Shown piece after piece: positions 14,975 to 30,207 of a DNA stretch of 64,000 nt. The position numbers were made by a program, and so were the translations under genes. A model generated the notes under the pieces. It had not been told where the DNA came from. It saw only the letters and a program-made list of their open reading frames with translations, and did not search any database. Origin of the DNA: the human T2T-CHM13v2.0 reference genome, Homo sapiens; the NCBI RefSeq assembly GCF_009914755.1, contig NC_060947.1; one strand, given 5' to 3'. The first letter of the stretch is position 1. Every line of letters starts with the position of its first letter.

Positions 14975-15128
14975 ACCATGGTTACACATTATAATCACCT
15001 GGAAAGGGTTTTTAATGTTTACATCAATACCTGGGTCCCACCCAGGCAAATCAATAATTATTTATGGGGGTAAGACTTAGTATTTTTAAAGCTGCCCAAG
15101 CAATTTTATTGCAAAGTTGAGAACCATT
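14975..15128. mobile_element. MER5-like hAT-Charlie DNA transposon relic
   Basis: 'cacattataatcacctggaaag...cctgggtcccaccc...tttttaaagctgcccaagcaattttat...agttgagaaccatt' matches the MER5 layout. Confidence 0.6.
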
Positions 15129-16849
15129 CCCTTTAGCATCAAAAACACAATTTTTATACATATCACTCAGTAAATATCTATTGAATAAAACTCATATTAA
15201 TCACACAAATAGGCCAATCATGTCACTATATTTTTAGCCTAAATTATATCAGCCAAGTTATTAAAAATCTAGTCATCTTTGGGTTTTTATAATATTTGAA
15301 TTAAAATCAAGTTCATTCTCAAAAGATTATGATTTGTCACTTCCAAGAATAGTTAAAATAATGTGGCTAACTCCCAGAGAGTGTTTTTTGAAGCAGAGGA
15401 AGGCCCAACACATTTTTTAACAATGGCAACATTAGATCTCTATAAATACTTTCACAAATAAGCAAATCTGGTACATAGAAACATTGATAAGTTTTTATTA
15501 ATATATTCATATGTGACATTTTGAGTACTGCTGACTCTTCCATGCTAATCTTGTATTTTATTCATTTAATCCAAGAAGTTTATAGTATCTTCTCCATGGC
15601 CCATACCAGTATTAATGCAGATTTTTTCTTTTTCCAAAGGCTTCATCAATGTATATTTTCCCAGAATTTGAGTAATAGAAGAAAAGAAATCTGGACCTGA
15701 AACATAAAATGAGATCATGAGCATGCAATCATTAAATTGTCACAGTTGTATCATAATTCAATCTGCAGACACGCTATTCAATAATGTCATATATAATCAG
15801 GTTAATGCATTATAATTTTCATGAGTTACCTTTGATCATTTAAAAGAATTAACATGTGTTTCAGTAGATCACTATTACAGTTGTCTGTTGCTTTTAGAGG
15901 TTTAAAAATGCTTAGCAAGGAATTCACAAGATAAAATTAACATTTTAAATATCTGACAACAATGGAAATAGAAGATGTTTAAGCAGTGACTATGGTACTT
16001 AAGAAAAGCATTTGTTTTGATGCTATAGTGAATTCTACATAATATACTTGTTTTCATTATACGAAACACGATCCAACAACTAAAATACAATTGAGCATGA
16101 ATTCCATACTTCTTACTTCATTTTCTTCTTAATTGCAAAATAAGCTTTTATTGTGGTTTTGCAAGGCTTCTCTTGTGATTTTGCAAATGTTAGAAATAAA
16201 TTTCTTTCTCATCAGAATCACCCCAAAATAATGCAAAACTTAAAGAGTAGCTGAAAGAGACAAGTAAAACATGGGATATTGATAGTATGAATGATGAAGA
16301 TGTTAAGTTGGTGTTTACAAATATTCAGGTTATAGCTAACATACAGTTTCTATTCAGGCAGTTATCTATGGCCATCTTTCATCAGTTTTTCTTCTTTCTC
16401 TAAGGACTAGAAACCTATGGTAGAAGAAAGACTGACAAAATCATTAAGTTGTCTGTAATGTTAAGAATCAATGCAGAATACTTGGTCCAAAATAGCCTAA
16501 GAATTTTTATTGTTTCTTATATTCCTATAAGCCCCATTGCCAGAATCCATCTTAACACTTGAAGTCAAATATAGTTTCTCCCCTAACTGTGCCCAGTTAT
16601 ATTTTTTCACTTATGTTTCATTCAGTACTAATGAATGAAATTATGGCAATTTCCAATGTCAAATTAAAATTCTTCTAACACTTTCATCTTAACTTAAGTT
16701 ACTGCCACTAAATAATGAAACTCCTTATTTACAGTGCAGTTGAGATTAAATATGTACATCTAATATCATGGCTGGAGTTCTTTAGTGTTATCATCAAGAT
16801 ATAAGGTTTGTCCTCAGCTTTACAAGATTTGGCATAAACTTCTAGTTCA

Positions 16850-17225
16850 TCACCAAAACCACTTATGGTTCTTCTGGGCACACAATTAAGCAAAGCATCT
16901 CTACCTCCTTTGCAATTGCATATAGCCACATAATTGATTTTTAGTCAATAGAATAAGAGCAAAAGCTATGCAATTTTCTGCCAAGGCCTATGAGTGGCAA
17001 GCATTCCTTCACAATTTTCTCTTTCTTCAACTAAGTGCAGATGAAAATAAGGCTCTATGGGATGGTGTATCCACAAGACAGAAGAAATCCATGTTCATAA
17101 GTCATCAACTGGAGGAGTATAACTTGCCAACAAGAAACCCAACTTAAACTGTTAAGTTAGTGAGAAATGAATCTGTATTGAATATGTGCTGTTACGCACC
17201 TTTTATTTTATTTGTTATAGTTGTT
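16850..17225. mobile_element. Ancient MLT1-type MaLR LTR relic
   Basis: 'cctcctttgcaattgcatatagccacataattgatttttagtcaatagaataagagcaaaag' and 'gatggtgtatccacaagacagaagaaatcc' resemble MLT1 motifs. Confidence 0.5.
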
Positions 17226-17684
17226 TAACTTCTTGTGCCAAATATAAGGTACACCTATTTTTTGTTCCTATTTCAAGAGGTAATAGTTTTTTAAGAATAC
17301 GCTCACGTTAACTATTCTCAGAATGATTGATGTATATGCAAGAATGCTAGTTTTAAAATTTACAGCAAAAGGTACCTCATTCTAGTGATGCAAAGAAAAT
17401 GTATATGGAATCAAAGTACTTGGCAAGCTAAATTAGGTAGTTAGGAACTGATTAACAAGAAATCCAAATGTGGTGAGCCTTGAGCTTTCTTGTGATGAAA
17501 TCTGTATCACAAGAGAGACTGATGATTTATTCTTGACCTGCAATTACAAAGACATGTCTAGAGACTAGAAAATTTGTGTCCATCAAATATAGTGTCTCTC
17601 TTAACTGCATTGTGCTCAGTAACAAGACTAAATTCTTACTCTTTTATCCTCTTCTGTGTAGTCTTTTGGTAAACCACACCTGTC

Positions 17685-18037
17685 TGTATTAGTACGTCTC
17701 ACGCTGCTAATGAAGACACACCAAAGACACAGTAATTTATAAAGAAAAAGAGGTTTAATGGACTCACAGTTCCACATGGCTGGGGAAGCCTCACAATCAT
17801 TGTGGAAGGCAAAGGAGGAGCAAAGACACATCTTACACTGTGGCAGTCAAGAGAGCATGTGCAGGGAAACTGCCCTCCATAAAACCATCAGATCTCCTGA
17901 GACTCATTCACAATCATGAGAAAAACCCACTCCCATGATTCAACCCCCTCCCACCTGGTCCGTCCCATGACATGTGGGGATTATGGGAGCTACAATTAAA
18001 GATGAGATTTGGGTGGGGACAGAGCCAAACCGTATCA
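17685..18037 (-). mobile_element. THE1 (THE1C/D-like) solo LTR
   Basis: Termini 'tgtattagt...' and 'gatgagatttgggtggggacagagccaaaccgtatca'. The 5-bp flanks ctgtc / ccatc fit a decayed TSD. Confidence 0.92.
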
Positions 18038-18954
18038 CCATCTATAATAAAACATTAGTTTTTAGAGTACAATAACATTGATTAAATTACAGTTTTAAGT
18101 TACATTCTAGTCCCGATGAAACATGCTAGTCATCTTAATTATAGGAGACACACTATCTCATAATAATCACGATTATATACTGTCCTGTATGGTAAATGAC
18201 TTCTACAAATGACTAATCTCATTCATTGTATGTTTAATCTCTTCTCTGAGACTAATATTATCTCTAAGTTCATGAGGCAATTATAAACTTACCTAAGGAA
18301 ATTTAGCAAGGAGCTCTTTGAGCCTGGAAAACTAGGAATTTCCAGTTATATAATAGCAAAGTTTTTATAAATATACAAAGTTAAAAATTTAGTCAAAAAG
18401 ATTTATTTGATTTAAAAAATAGAGTTCAAATGGGCAAACCCCACAATCTGAAAAACTTGTACTGTATTCCTAAACATCTTTATAATTTTGCCCCTCTGTA
18501 GCTGACACTCAGCTCTCAGCATTCAAGTGCTTAAATATAATGATTTGTTCCTTACTAAGTTATATAATGACTCATTCATTTTTAATCTTCTATTTATTTT
18601 TTTTCTGTTTTGTTCTTTGCAGTTTGTTTTTTAATCATTTATTTATTTTCAAGATAACAATTTCCTGACTCTCTGTCTCTGTATTTCATCATGAACTACT
18701 TTCTTCTCTGTACTTATTCATTAGTTTCTTTCTCTCTGGAACAGTATTTTCCTAAAACATTTTCTTCAACTGTTAGGAAAACTCTTCTTTCTTGATCTCT
18801 ATTTCTTAGTGAAGGTTCTTATATTTTGCTTGCTCCAGATATTTCCAATTATGTTCTTACCAGCTAGCTTCAAGAGCAAAATTCAACAGCAAGGCTATTT
18901 AAAGGACCCACATCAGGCAGTCAGCAAGTTAAAATAGTTAAAATAAAGTTAATC

Positions 18955-21916
18955 ATATTTTTAAACTTTTATTTTAGGTTCAGGGGTACATGTGCAAGTT
19001 TGTAATCTAGGTAAACTCAAATCATAGGGGTTTGTTGTACAGATTATTTCATTACCCAGATACTAAACCTACTTATACTTAAATATATTTAATATTTTTA
19101 TAATATAAAAATAACTATTACTACCCAATAGTTATTTTTCTGCTCCTCTCTCTCCTCCTACCATTCACCCTCAGGCAGGGCCCAGTGTCTGTTGTCCCCT
19201 CCTTGTGTCCATGTGCTGTCATCATTTACCTCCTACATACAAGTGATACCAGGCAGTATTTGGTTTACTGATTATGCATTAGTTTGCAAAGGATAATGGC
19301 CTCCAGTTCCACACAAGTCCTGTAAAAGACACAATATCATTTTTTATGGCTGCATAGCATCCCATGGTGTATATCTTCTACATTGTCTTTATCAAGTAGA
19401 CTATTGATGGGCATTTAGGTTGATTCCATGTCTTTGCTATTGTGAATAATGATGCAATGAACATACATGTGCATGTGTCTTTATGACAGAATGATTTCTA
19501 TTCCTTTGGGGATATATGCAGCTCTTTAAGAAATTGCCACACTGCTTTTCCATAATGGTTGCAAAGTTTTCATTCCCATCAACAGTATGTAAGTGCTCCC
19601 TTTGTTCAGCAACCTTGCTAACATCTGTTATTTTTTGACTTTTTAAAAATAGCCATCTGACAGTGTGAGATGGTATCTCATTGTGGTTTTGATTTGCATA
19701 TCTTTAATGATCAGTGATATTGAGCTTTCTTTCACATGCTTCTTGGCCACATGTATGTCTTCTTTTGAAAAATATCTGTTCATGTTGTTTGCACACTTTT
19801 AAATAGGGTTACTTGTTTCATGTAAATTTGTATAAGTTCTTTACAGATGCTGGATATTAGACTTTTGTCAGATGCAAAATTAGTAAACTTTTTATCCCAG
19901 TCTATAACTGTTTGTTTACTCTGTTGATAGTTTCTTTTGCTGTGCAGAAGCTCCTTAGTTTCGTTAGATCCCATTTGTCAATTTTTGCTTTTGTTGCAAT
20001 TTTTGTTGGTGTCTTTTTCACCACATTTTTGCCAGTACCTATGTCCTGAATGATATTGTGTAGGTTGTCTTCCAGGGTTTTTATAGTTTTGAGTTTTACA
20101 TTTAAGTCTTTTATACATCTTAAGTTGATTTTTGTATATGGTGTAAGGAAGAAATCCAGTTTCAAAGTTCTGCATATGGCTTGCTAGTTTTCCCAGAACT
20201 GTTTACTGAATAGGGAGTCCATTCCCCATGGCTTGTTTTTGTCAGATTTGCCGAAGATAAGATGTTTGTAGGTGTGCAGCCTTATTTATGAGCTTTCTAT
20301 TCTGTTCAAATGGTCTATTTGTGTGCTTTTCTACCAGTACCATGCTGTTTTGGTTACTCTAGCCCTGTTGTATTGCTTGAAACTGGGTAGTGTTATGCTC
20401 TCTGCATTGTACTTTTTACTTAGAATTGCCTCAGTTGTCCAGGGTCTTCTTTCATTCCCTATGAATTTAAAATATTTTTTCTATTTAGGTGAATGATGTC
20501 AGTGGTAGTTTGATAAGTATACCATTGTACCACTGAATATATTAATTGCTGAGCATGAAATGTTTTTTCATTTGTTTGTGTCATTTCTGATACCTTTGAC
20601 CAGTATTTTATAATTCTCACTGTAGAGATCTTTCACCTCCCTGGTTAGAAGTATTACTAGATGTTTCATTCTTTTTATGTCAACTGTGAATGGGATTGCA
20701 TTTCTGATTTGGCTCTCAGCTTGGCTGTTGTTGATATGTAGGATTGCTAGTAATTTTTGCATGTTGATGTTGTATCCTGAAACTTTGTTAAGTTGCTTAT
20801 TAGTTCAAGCAGTGTTTGGGCAGAGACAATGGAGTTTTCTAGATATAGAACCATGTCATCTGCAAACAGGGATAGTTAGATTTTCTCCCTTGCTATTTGG
20901 TTGCCCTTTATTTTTTTTTTTATTTTGCCTAATTGTTCTGGCTAGGATTTCAATACTATGTTGAGTAGGAATGGTGACAGAGGGCATCCTTGTCTTCTGC
21001 CACTTTTCAAGGGGAATGCTTCCAGCTTTTGCCCATTCAGTATGATGCTGCCTGTAGGTTTGTCATAGATGGCTCTTATTTTGAGGTATGTTCCTTCAGT
21101 ACCTAGTTTGTTGAGAGTATTTACCATGAAGACATGTTGAATTTTATCAAAAGCTATTTCTGCATCTATGAGATGATTTTTTGGTTTTTATCTTTAGTTG
21201 TATTTATGTGATGACTTGTGTTTATTGATTTGTATATGTTGAACCACCCTTGTATCCCAAAGATAAAACCTACTTGAACATGATGGATTAGCATTTTTAT
21301 GTGATGCTGGATACAGTTTGCTGGTATTTTGTTGAGGTTTTTTGCATAGATGTTTATCAAGGATATTGGCCTAAAATTTTCTTTTTCTGTTGTGCGTCTG
21401 CCAAGTTTTGGTATCAGGATTATGATGGCCTCATAGATGAGTAGGAGAGGAGACCCTCCTCCTTATTTTTGGGAATAGTTTCAGTAGGAATAAAACCAGC
21501 CCTTCTTTGTTCATCTGGTAGCATTTGGCTATAAAGTTGTCTGATGCTGGGCTTTTTTTGTTTGGTAGGCTATTTATTACTGATACAATTGGAGCTCGTT
21601 TTGTTATGTTTAGAGATTCAATTTCTTGCTGGTTTAGTGTAGGAACTGTGTATGTATCCGGGAATTTATCTATATTTTTTCTAGATTTTTTAGCTTGTGT
21701 GTACAGAGGTGTTCATAGTATTTGCTGATGGTCATTAGTATTTCTGTGTGTTCAGTGGTAATATGCCCTTTGTCATTTCTAGTTGTGTTTATTTCAATCC
21801 TCTGTCTTTCCTTCTTTATTATTCTAGCTAGCAATCTACCTATCTCATTATTTTTTTTTCAAAACCAGCTTCTAGACTTGTTGATCTTTTAAATATTCTT
21901 TTGTGTCTCAATCTCT
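18955..21916 (-). mobile_element. Old primate LINE-1 (L1PA13-16-like), 3' ~3 kb
   Basis: Reverse-complement 3' end 'ttttattttaggttcaggggtacatgtgcaagtttg'. Minus-strand ORF2 fragments ([41 protein letters not shown]). Confidence 0.93.
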
Positions 21917-21918
21917 AA

Positions 21919-24352
<2,434 letters not shown>

Positions 24353-24632
24353 AAGTAACTAATTTTTGACTCAAATTCTAGAACTTGAGATTTTCCCCAA
24401 GTATTAGGCTTGAAAATCATATGCTATATAAAATGTATAATTGGACTCTTCTTATTTATACACTTGTACTGACTAGTCAGGTCTTATTTGCTCCTAAATT
24501 TATGAGATACGCATCTGCATTAGTTTTTTGGTGTATTCTTCATTTATAACATCTTTGTTACATATTTGTTACTACCTTTATCATTCAATCTGTTAAAGTA
24601 ATTTTCTTCCCAATTTTGTTTACAGGTCCTGA

Positions 24633-25033
<401 letters not shown>

Positions 25034-25084
25034 TATTTATCTTTTAGAAAACAACTTTTATAGAATGCTCAACAAAATGTGTAG

Positions 25085-26054
25085 TTTTTTTTAGAACTAT
25101 TGTTTAAGTTTCAGGGGAAAGATGTGCAACTTTGCTATATGAATAAATTATGCATATTTTCTTTCCTAGATAGTAAATATAGTACCTGATAAATAGTTAT
25201 TTGATCCTCACTCTCCTTCCAACCTCCACCCTCAGATAGGCCTGACTCTGGCTTCCTTCTTTGTGTCCATATGTACTTGATGTTTGGCTTCCACTTATAA
25301 GTGAGAAAATGCAGCATTCGGTTTTCTGTTTCTTTGTTAATTTGCTTAGGATAATGGCCTCCAGCTCCATTAACGTTGCTGGAAAGGGCATGATTTGGTT
25401 CTTTTTTATGGCTGCATAGTATTCCGTGGTGTATAAGTACCACATTTTCTTTACCAAGTCTACCATTGATGTGCATTTAGGTTGATTTCATGTCTTTTTA
25501 TTTTGAATAATGATGTGATGAATATACACATGCATATGTCTTTATGGTAGAATGATTTACATTTTTTGGTGTATATACCCAACAACAGAATTGCTGGCCA
25601 AATTGTAGTTCTGTTTTAAAAGTTCTTTAAGGAATCACCACACTGCTTTCCACAATGGCTGAAGTAATTTTTCTTTGTACTATCAGTTTATAAGTACTCT
25701 TTCCCTACAACCTTGCCAGCATCTGCTATTTTTGACTTTTTAACAATAACCATTCTGACTGGTGTGAGATGATATTTCGCAATGTTTTTTATTTGCATAT
25801 CTCTAATTATTTGTAATGTTAAGCATTTTTTATAAGCTTGTTGACCACATGTATGTCTTCTTTTGAAAAGTGTCTGTTCCCATTATTTGTCCACTTTGTA
25901 ATGTGGTTGTTTGGTTTTTGCATGTAAATTTGTTTAAGTTCCTTATAGATTCTTGATATTAGATATTTGTCAGATGCATGGTTTTCAAAAATTTTCTCTC
26001 ACTCTTAGGTTGCCTGTTTATTCTGTTGATAGTTTATTTTGTTGTGCAGAAGCT
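25085..26054 (-). mobile_element. Old primate LINE-1 3' fragment (host of the ATG4A retrocopy; resumes briefly at ~27630-27695)
   Basis: Minus-strand ORF2 C-terminus (KKMWYLYTTEYYAAIKKNQIMPF). Stops at 'gttgtgcagaagct'. Confidence 0.9.
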
Positions 26055-27621
26055 ATTCCACCAGGTTGCTGGTGGAATTGGCCCAGGATGACAGCTGGAG
26101 AATGGAGTCAGTTTAATCGAACTATGAAAACCAGATTACTTCTTTCACTGAATACCTCGAAGAATATTTAGATACAGATGAGCTGGTATGGATCTTAGAA
26201 AAGCAGCATCTTATTAAAACAGAAACATCTAAGCTCTTGTCTGATACAAGTGTTTGTCTATAGTTTACATACAGAAGGAAATTTTCACCAATTTGGGGAA
26301 CGGGCCCTTCATCAGATGCTGGTTGGGGATGTATGCTATGCTGTGGACAGATGATGCTGGCTCAAGCCCTTATATGTAGACACTTGGGAAAGGACTGTTA
26401 TTGGGAGATAACAAAAAGAACAACAACAACAACAATAAAATACCAATGGATCCTACAGTGCTTCTTAGAGAGAAAAAATTGTTGCTACACTATCCATCAA
26501 ATGGCACAAATGCATCAAATGGCACAAACATCCATTGCACTGGCCTCGCCTTGTACCTCCAGCCAAGCCAGAAGTGACAACCACTGGGGCATAATTCATT
26601 GACTCTACTGAACAACTGGAGGAGTTTGATCTGGAGGAAATTTTGAGACTCTGAATGTGTAGAATCCCGGGATCTCAACTTGGAGGGCTGTCTTCCATCT
26701 GGCACCATAAAAACATGAACTTCTTACATAAAACTTTTCTAGTCAGTAAGTTCCTGATATACCAATAGCATACAAATTCGATAGTATTCATGACTGAGCC
26801 AATCACAGTTTCTCAGAAAAAAAAAAAAAAAATGACAGTAACCCTTTCCCAGAAAGAAATAGAACAATCGTGGAGCCTAGGAGCAGAGAGATGAGGAGTT
26901 GATTGCTTCCCAGCTTGTCTTACATGGTTACAGCAAGTCTTCAGCTTCTGTAATGAGGAGATGGACATCTGGAAAACAGGCAGCAACTCTCAGCTTGGTT
27001 TAAGAACAAGCAGATGAGAGATGGTTAAGCTGTTCTTCTTCACCCTTTCAGGTGTGACCTCTTTTCGACGAAATATTAGCAATCTGTTCTCTTGCTCAAA
27101 TAATAAAGTGACCAAATCAGGGAAGAAAAGGTTCTTGTTAAATTATTTGAATGTGTAGTTTAAGTAATTATAATTTATATCAAAACGTTTGTCAAAGAAT
27201 TGATGTCAAATATTCACTCTTAATCTCCTTCCTATTTGGGGGAATCTTACTATTTGATGGGTCAGTGCCCCCATTCTTACTGATACTTTTGTCAGATATC
27301 ACCTTGTCCTTAAATCAAATCATGGTCACTTAAATCAGGGGTCTGCAAACTTTTTCTGTAAAGGACCGGACAGTAAATATTTTGGGCTTTGCTGGTAATG
27401 CGACCTCTGTTACGTCTACTCAACTCTGCTGCTGACATGCAAAAGCACCCACAGAAAATATGCACGCAAATGAGCATGGCTGTAATCCAAGAAAAGTTTA
27501 TTTACAAAAACAGGTGTGGCGTGGGGTTTGGCCTGCAAGCTGTAGCGTGCCAATCAGTGACTTGAACTGTTTATTTTTGTTTGAGAAATTAAAAATAAAT
27601 TGTGTTTGAATTATTAAAAAA
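26055..27621 (+). pseudogene. ATG4A: Processed pseudogene of ATG4A (autophagy cysteine protease), with 5' UTR remnant, disrupted CDS 26102-26662, 3' UTR and poly(A) remnant
   Basis: Intronless translation matches ATG4A as I recall it: MESV*...DTDELVWIL..QHL.KTE.SKLLSD...FTYRRKFSPI.GTGPSSDAGWGCML.CGQMMLAQALICRHLG...IHQMAQM, then KHP.HWP..VPPAKPEVTTTGA*FIDSTEQLEEFDLEE. TAA at codon 5 (26114-26116) plus further stops and frameshifts. AATAAA at 27594 and a short A-run at 27616-27621. The symbol names the parent gene. Confidence 0.95.
27336..27559. mobile_element. MER58A-like hAT-Charlie element inside the retrocopied 3' UTR
   Basis: Runs from 'caggggtctgcaaactttttctgtaaagg...agtaaatattttgggctttgc' to 'ctgtagcgtgccaatcagtg'. 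The 8-bp flanks acttaaat / acttgaac resemble a decayed TSD. Confidence 0.8.
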
Positions 27622-28613
27622 TTTCCTCATTTTTTACATTAATTTTGTATCCTGAACTTTCCTAAGTTTGTTTATCAGATCAGGGAACTTTTGGGTAAGT
27701 CACAAAGGGAAACATCTTTAATTGTAACTCAGGTACCCCTGGAAGTGTAACGGAAAAGTCTTCTGTTTCTACATGTGAGAAATCCATTTTAAATGTATGT
27801 TATGTCCGTGATAAGGTTAATATGATTTTATATTATTAGACCTAAGTGTAAAGTCAGTGTTGACTTTTTAAAATGTGACAATTCTTGGTGTCAAATATAT
27901 ATTGAGAAAAAAAGCATCTTTTAAGACCCAAAAAACTGAACTAGCAGAGTAATGCCTTATATGAGCTACCATGTGAGAAATTGAGTCTTCTGGTATGAGA
28001 CATTTAGTAGTGTTAAGGAGTCTAAGATAAAGTTTATAGAGGATGAGTAGAAAGATGACTTCCTCCTGGTAGAGGTAGCTAATAAAAAATATTGTATTTC
28101 GGAGCTGGAGTGTAGCTACTACAATTACACAGGTCCTACCAAACCTGAAGATGAGATTAAAATGTGAGAATTTGAAGCCTGGATTTGGCAAGCATAGATG
28201 ATTTTGAACTTTTTATCTTCTCTATATGTTTTACTATTTGGTGCTTTTCCCATAGTATTATGTAAACCTTAGTAAAATATGTCCAACCTGGGCCAATAAA
28301 AACAAAAGAAGGATTAAATTCCTTCTTGGAAAAGTGGGGTAAAGGGTAGATAGCAGTTACCTAGGAAACAAATTGTTGATGGCAGCACTCAGGGTAGGAA
28401 AAGCATACCAGTGTAAAGGCAAAGTTAGGGAGGGCAGAAAATTTGAGGTTTTCAATTTAGTCACCACTTTTCACTTGACTTGGAAATCCTTGCTACAAAA
28501 AGTAGCTTGGTAGGATCTGTTTTCTACTGAGATAAGGAAGGCTGCATGAAATACCCAAGTTGTCACAGAAAAAAAAAATGAATTTTCCTATGCCTTAATA
28601 ATTGAATGAAGTT

Positions 28614-29299
28614 AAAAAGTCAGGAAACAACAGGTGCTGGAGAGGATGTGGAGAAATAGGAACACTTTTACACTGTTGGTGGGACTGTAAACTACTTCAA
28701 CCATTGTGGAAGTCAGTGTGGTTATTCCTCCGGGATCTAGAACTAGAAATACCATTTGACCCAGTCATCCCATTACTGAGTATATACCCAAAAGATTATA
28801 AATCATGCTGCTATAAAGACACATGCACACGTATGTTTATTGCGGCACTATTCACAATAGCAAAGGCTTGGAACCAACCCAAATATCCGTCAACGATAGA
28901 CTGGATTAAGAAAATGTGGCACATATACACCATGGAATACTATGCAGCCATAAAAAATGATGAGTTCATGTCCTTTGGAGGGACATGGAGGAAGCTGGAA
29001 ACCATCATTCTCAGCAAACTATCGCAAGGACAAAAAACCAAACATTGCATGTTCTCACTCATGGGTGGGAATTGAACAATGAGAACACATGGACACAGGA
29101 AGGGGAACATCATACACCGGGGACCGTTGTGGGATGGGGGGAGGCGGGAGGGATAGCATTAGGAGATATAGCTAATGCTAAGTGACGAGTTAATGGGTGT
29201 GGCACACCAGCACGGCATATGTATACATATGTAACAAACCTGCACATTGTGCACATGTACCCTAAAACTTAAAGTATAATAATAATAAAATTAAAAAAA
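28614..29299 (+). mobile_element. L1PA (L1PA3/4-like), 5'-truncated, with 14-bp TSD
   Basis: ORF2 C-terminus with cysteine-rich motif ([19 protein letters not shown]), 3' UTR and A-tail. TSD aattgaatgaagtt at 28600-28613 and 29300-29313. Confidence 0.96.
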
Positions 29300-29514
29300 A
29301 ATTGAATGAAGTTCAAGTTGCACATATCCAATAACATAGAATTTCCAATACCAGGTATAATATCTTTAAGAGATGCTATTTATGTGCATAAGAAGTAGTG
29401 TATAATACTATTCACTGCTGAATTGTTATAACAAAAAATTAGAAACCTTATAGTAATGTATAATAATATTCACTGTTACATGGTTATAAGAAAAAATTAG
29501 AAACATCTTAAGTA

Positions 29515-30207
29515 ATTGCTATTACTCAAAAGTAAAAAAGTTATATATGCTGGTGAGATTGCCAAGAAAGAGAACACTTATACACTGTTATGGGAAGTGT
29601 AAATTAGTTCAACAATTGTGGAAAGCAGTGTGGCAATTTCTCAGAGGTAAAAACAGAAGTAGCATTCAACCCAGCTGTCCCATTACTACATATATACCCA
29701 AGAGAATATAAATCATTCTATCATAAAGACATATGCATGCATATGTTCATCACAACACTATCCACAGTAACAAAGACATGGAATCAACCTAAATACTTAT
29801 CAATGGAAGATCGGATAAAAAAATGTGATACATATACACCATCGAATACTGTGCAGCCATAAAACATAATGAGATGATCTCTTTTGCAGGAACATAGATG
29901 AAACTGTAGGTCATTTCCCTTAGCAAACTAACACAGAAACAGAAACCCAAATACTGCGTGTTCTCCCTTGTAAGTCGGAGCTAAATGATGAGAATACATG
30001 GACACAAAGAGGAAAACAACAGACACTGAGGTCTAACTGAGGGTGCAGCATGTAAGGAGGGAGAAGAGCAGAAAAAGTAACTACTGGGTAATAGGCTTAG
30101 TGCCTGCGTGATAAAATAATCTGTACGTCGAACCCTCATCGTATGAATTTACCTGTGTAACAAACCTTCACATGTAGTTTTGGACCTAAAATAAAAGTTT
30201 AAAAAAG
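29515..30207 (+). mobile_element. Older L1PA 3' fragment
   Basis: Runs from 'gaacacttatacactgttatgggaagtgtaaattagttcaac' to the tail 'cctaaaataaaagtttaaaaaa'. Confidence 0.88.

Noticed and set aside
28602-29075. 157-aa ORF with a Cys-rich motif
   Set aside because: It is the L1 ORF2 C-terminus of a truncated copy, and its start is a non-ATG codon inside the TSD.
29400-29507. ~59-bp diverged tandem duplication
   Set aside because: An ordinary local duplication in decayed L1-like sequence.
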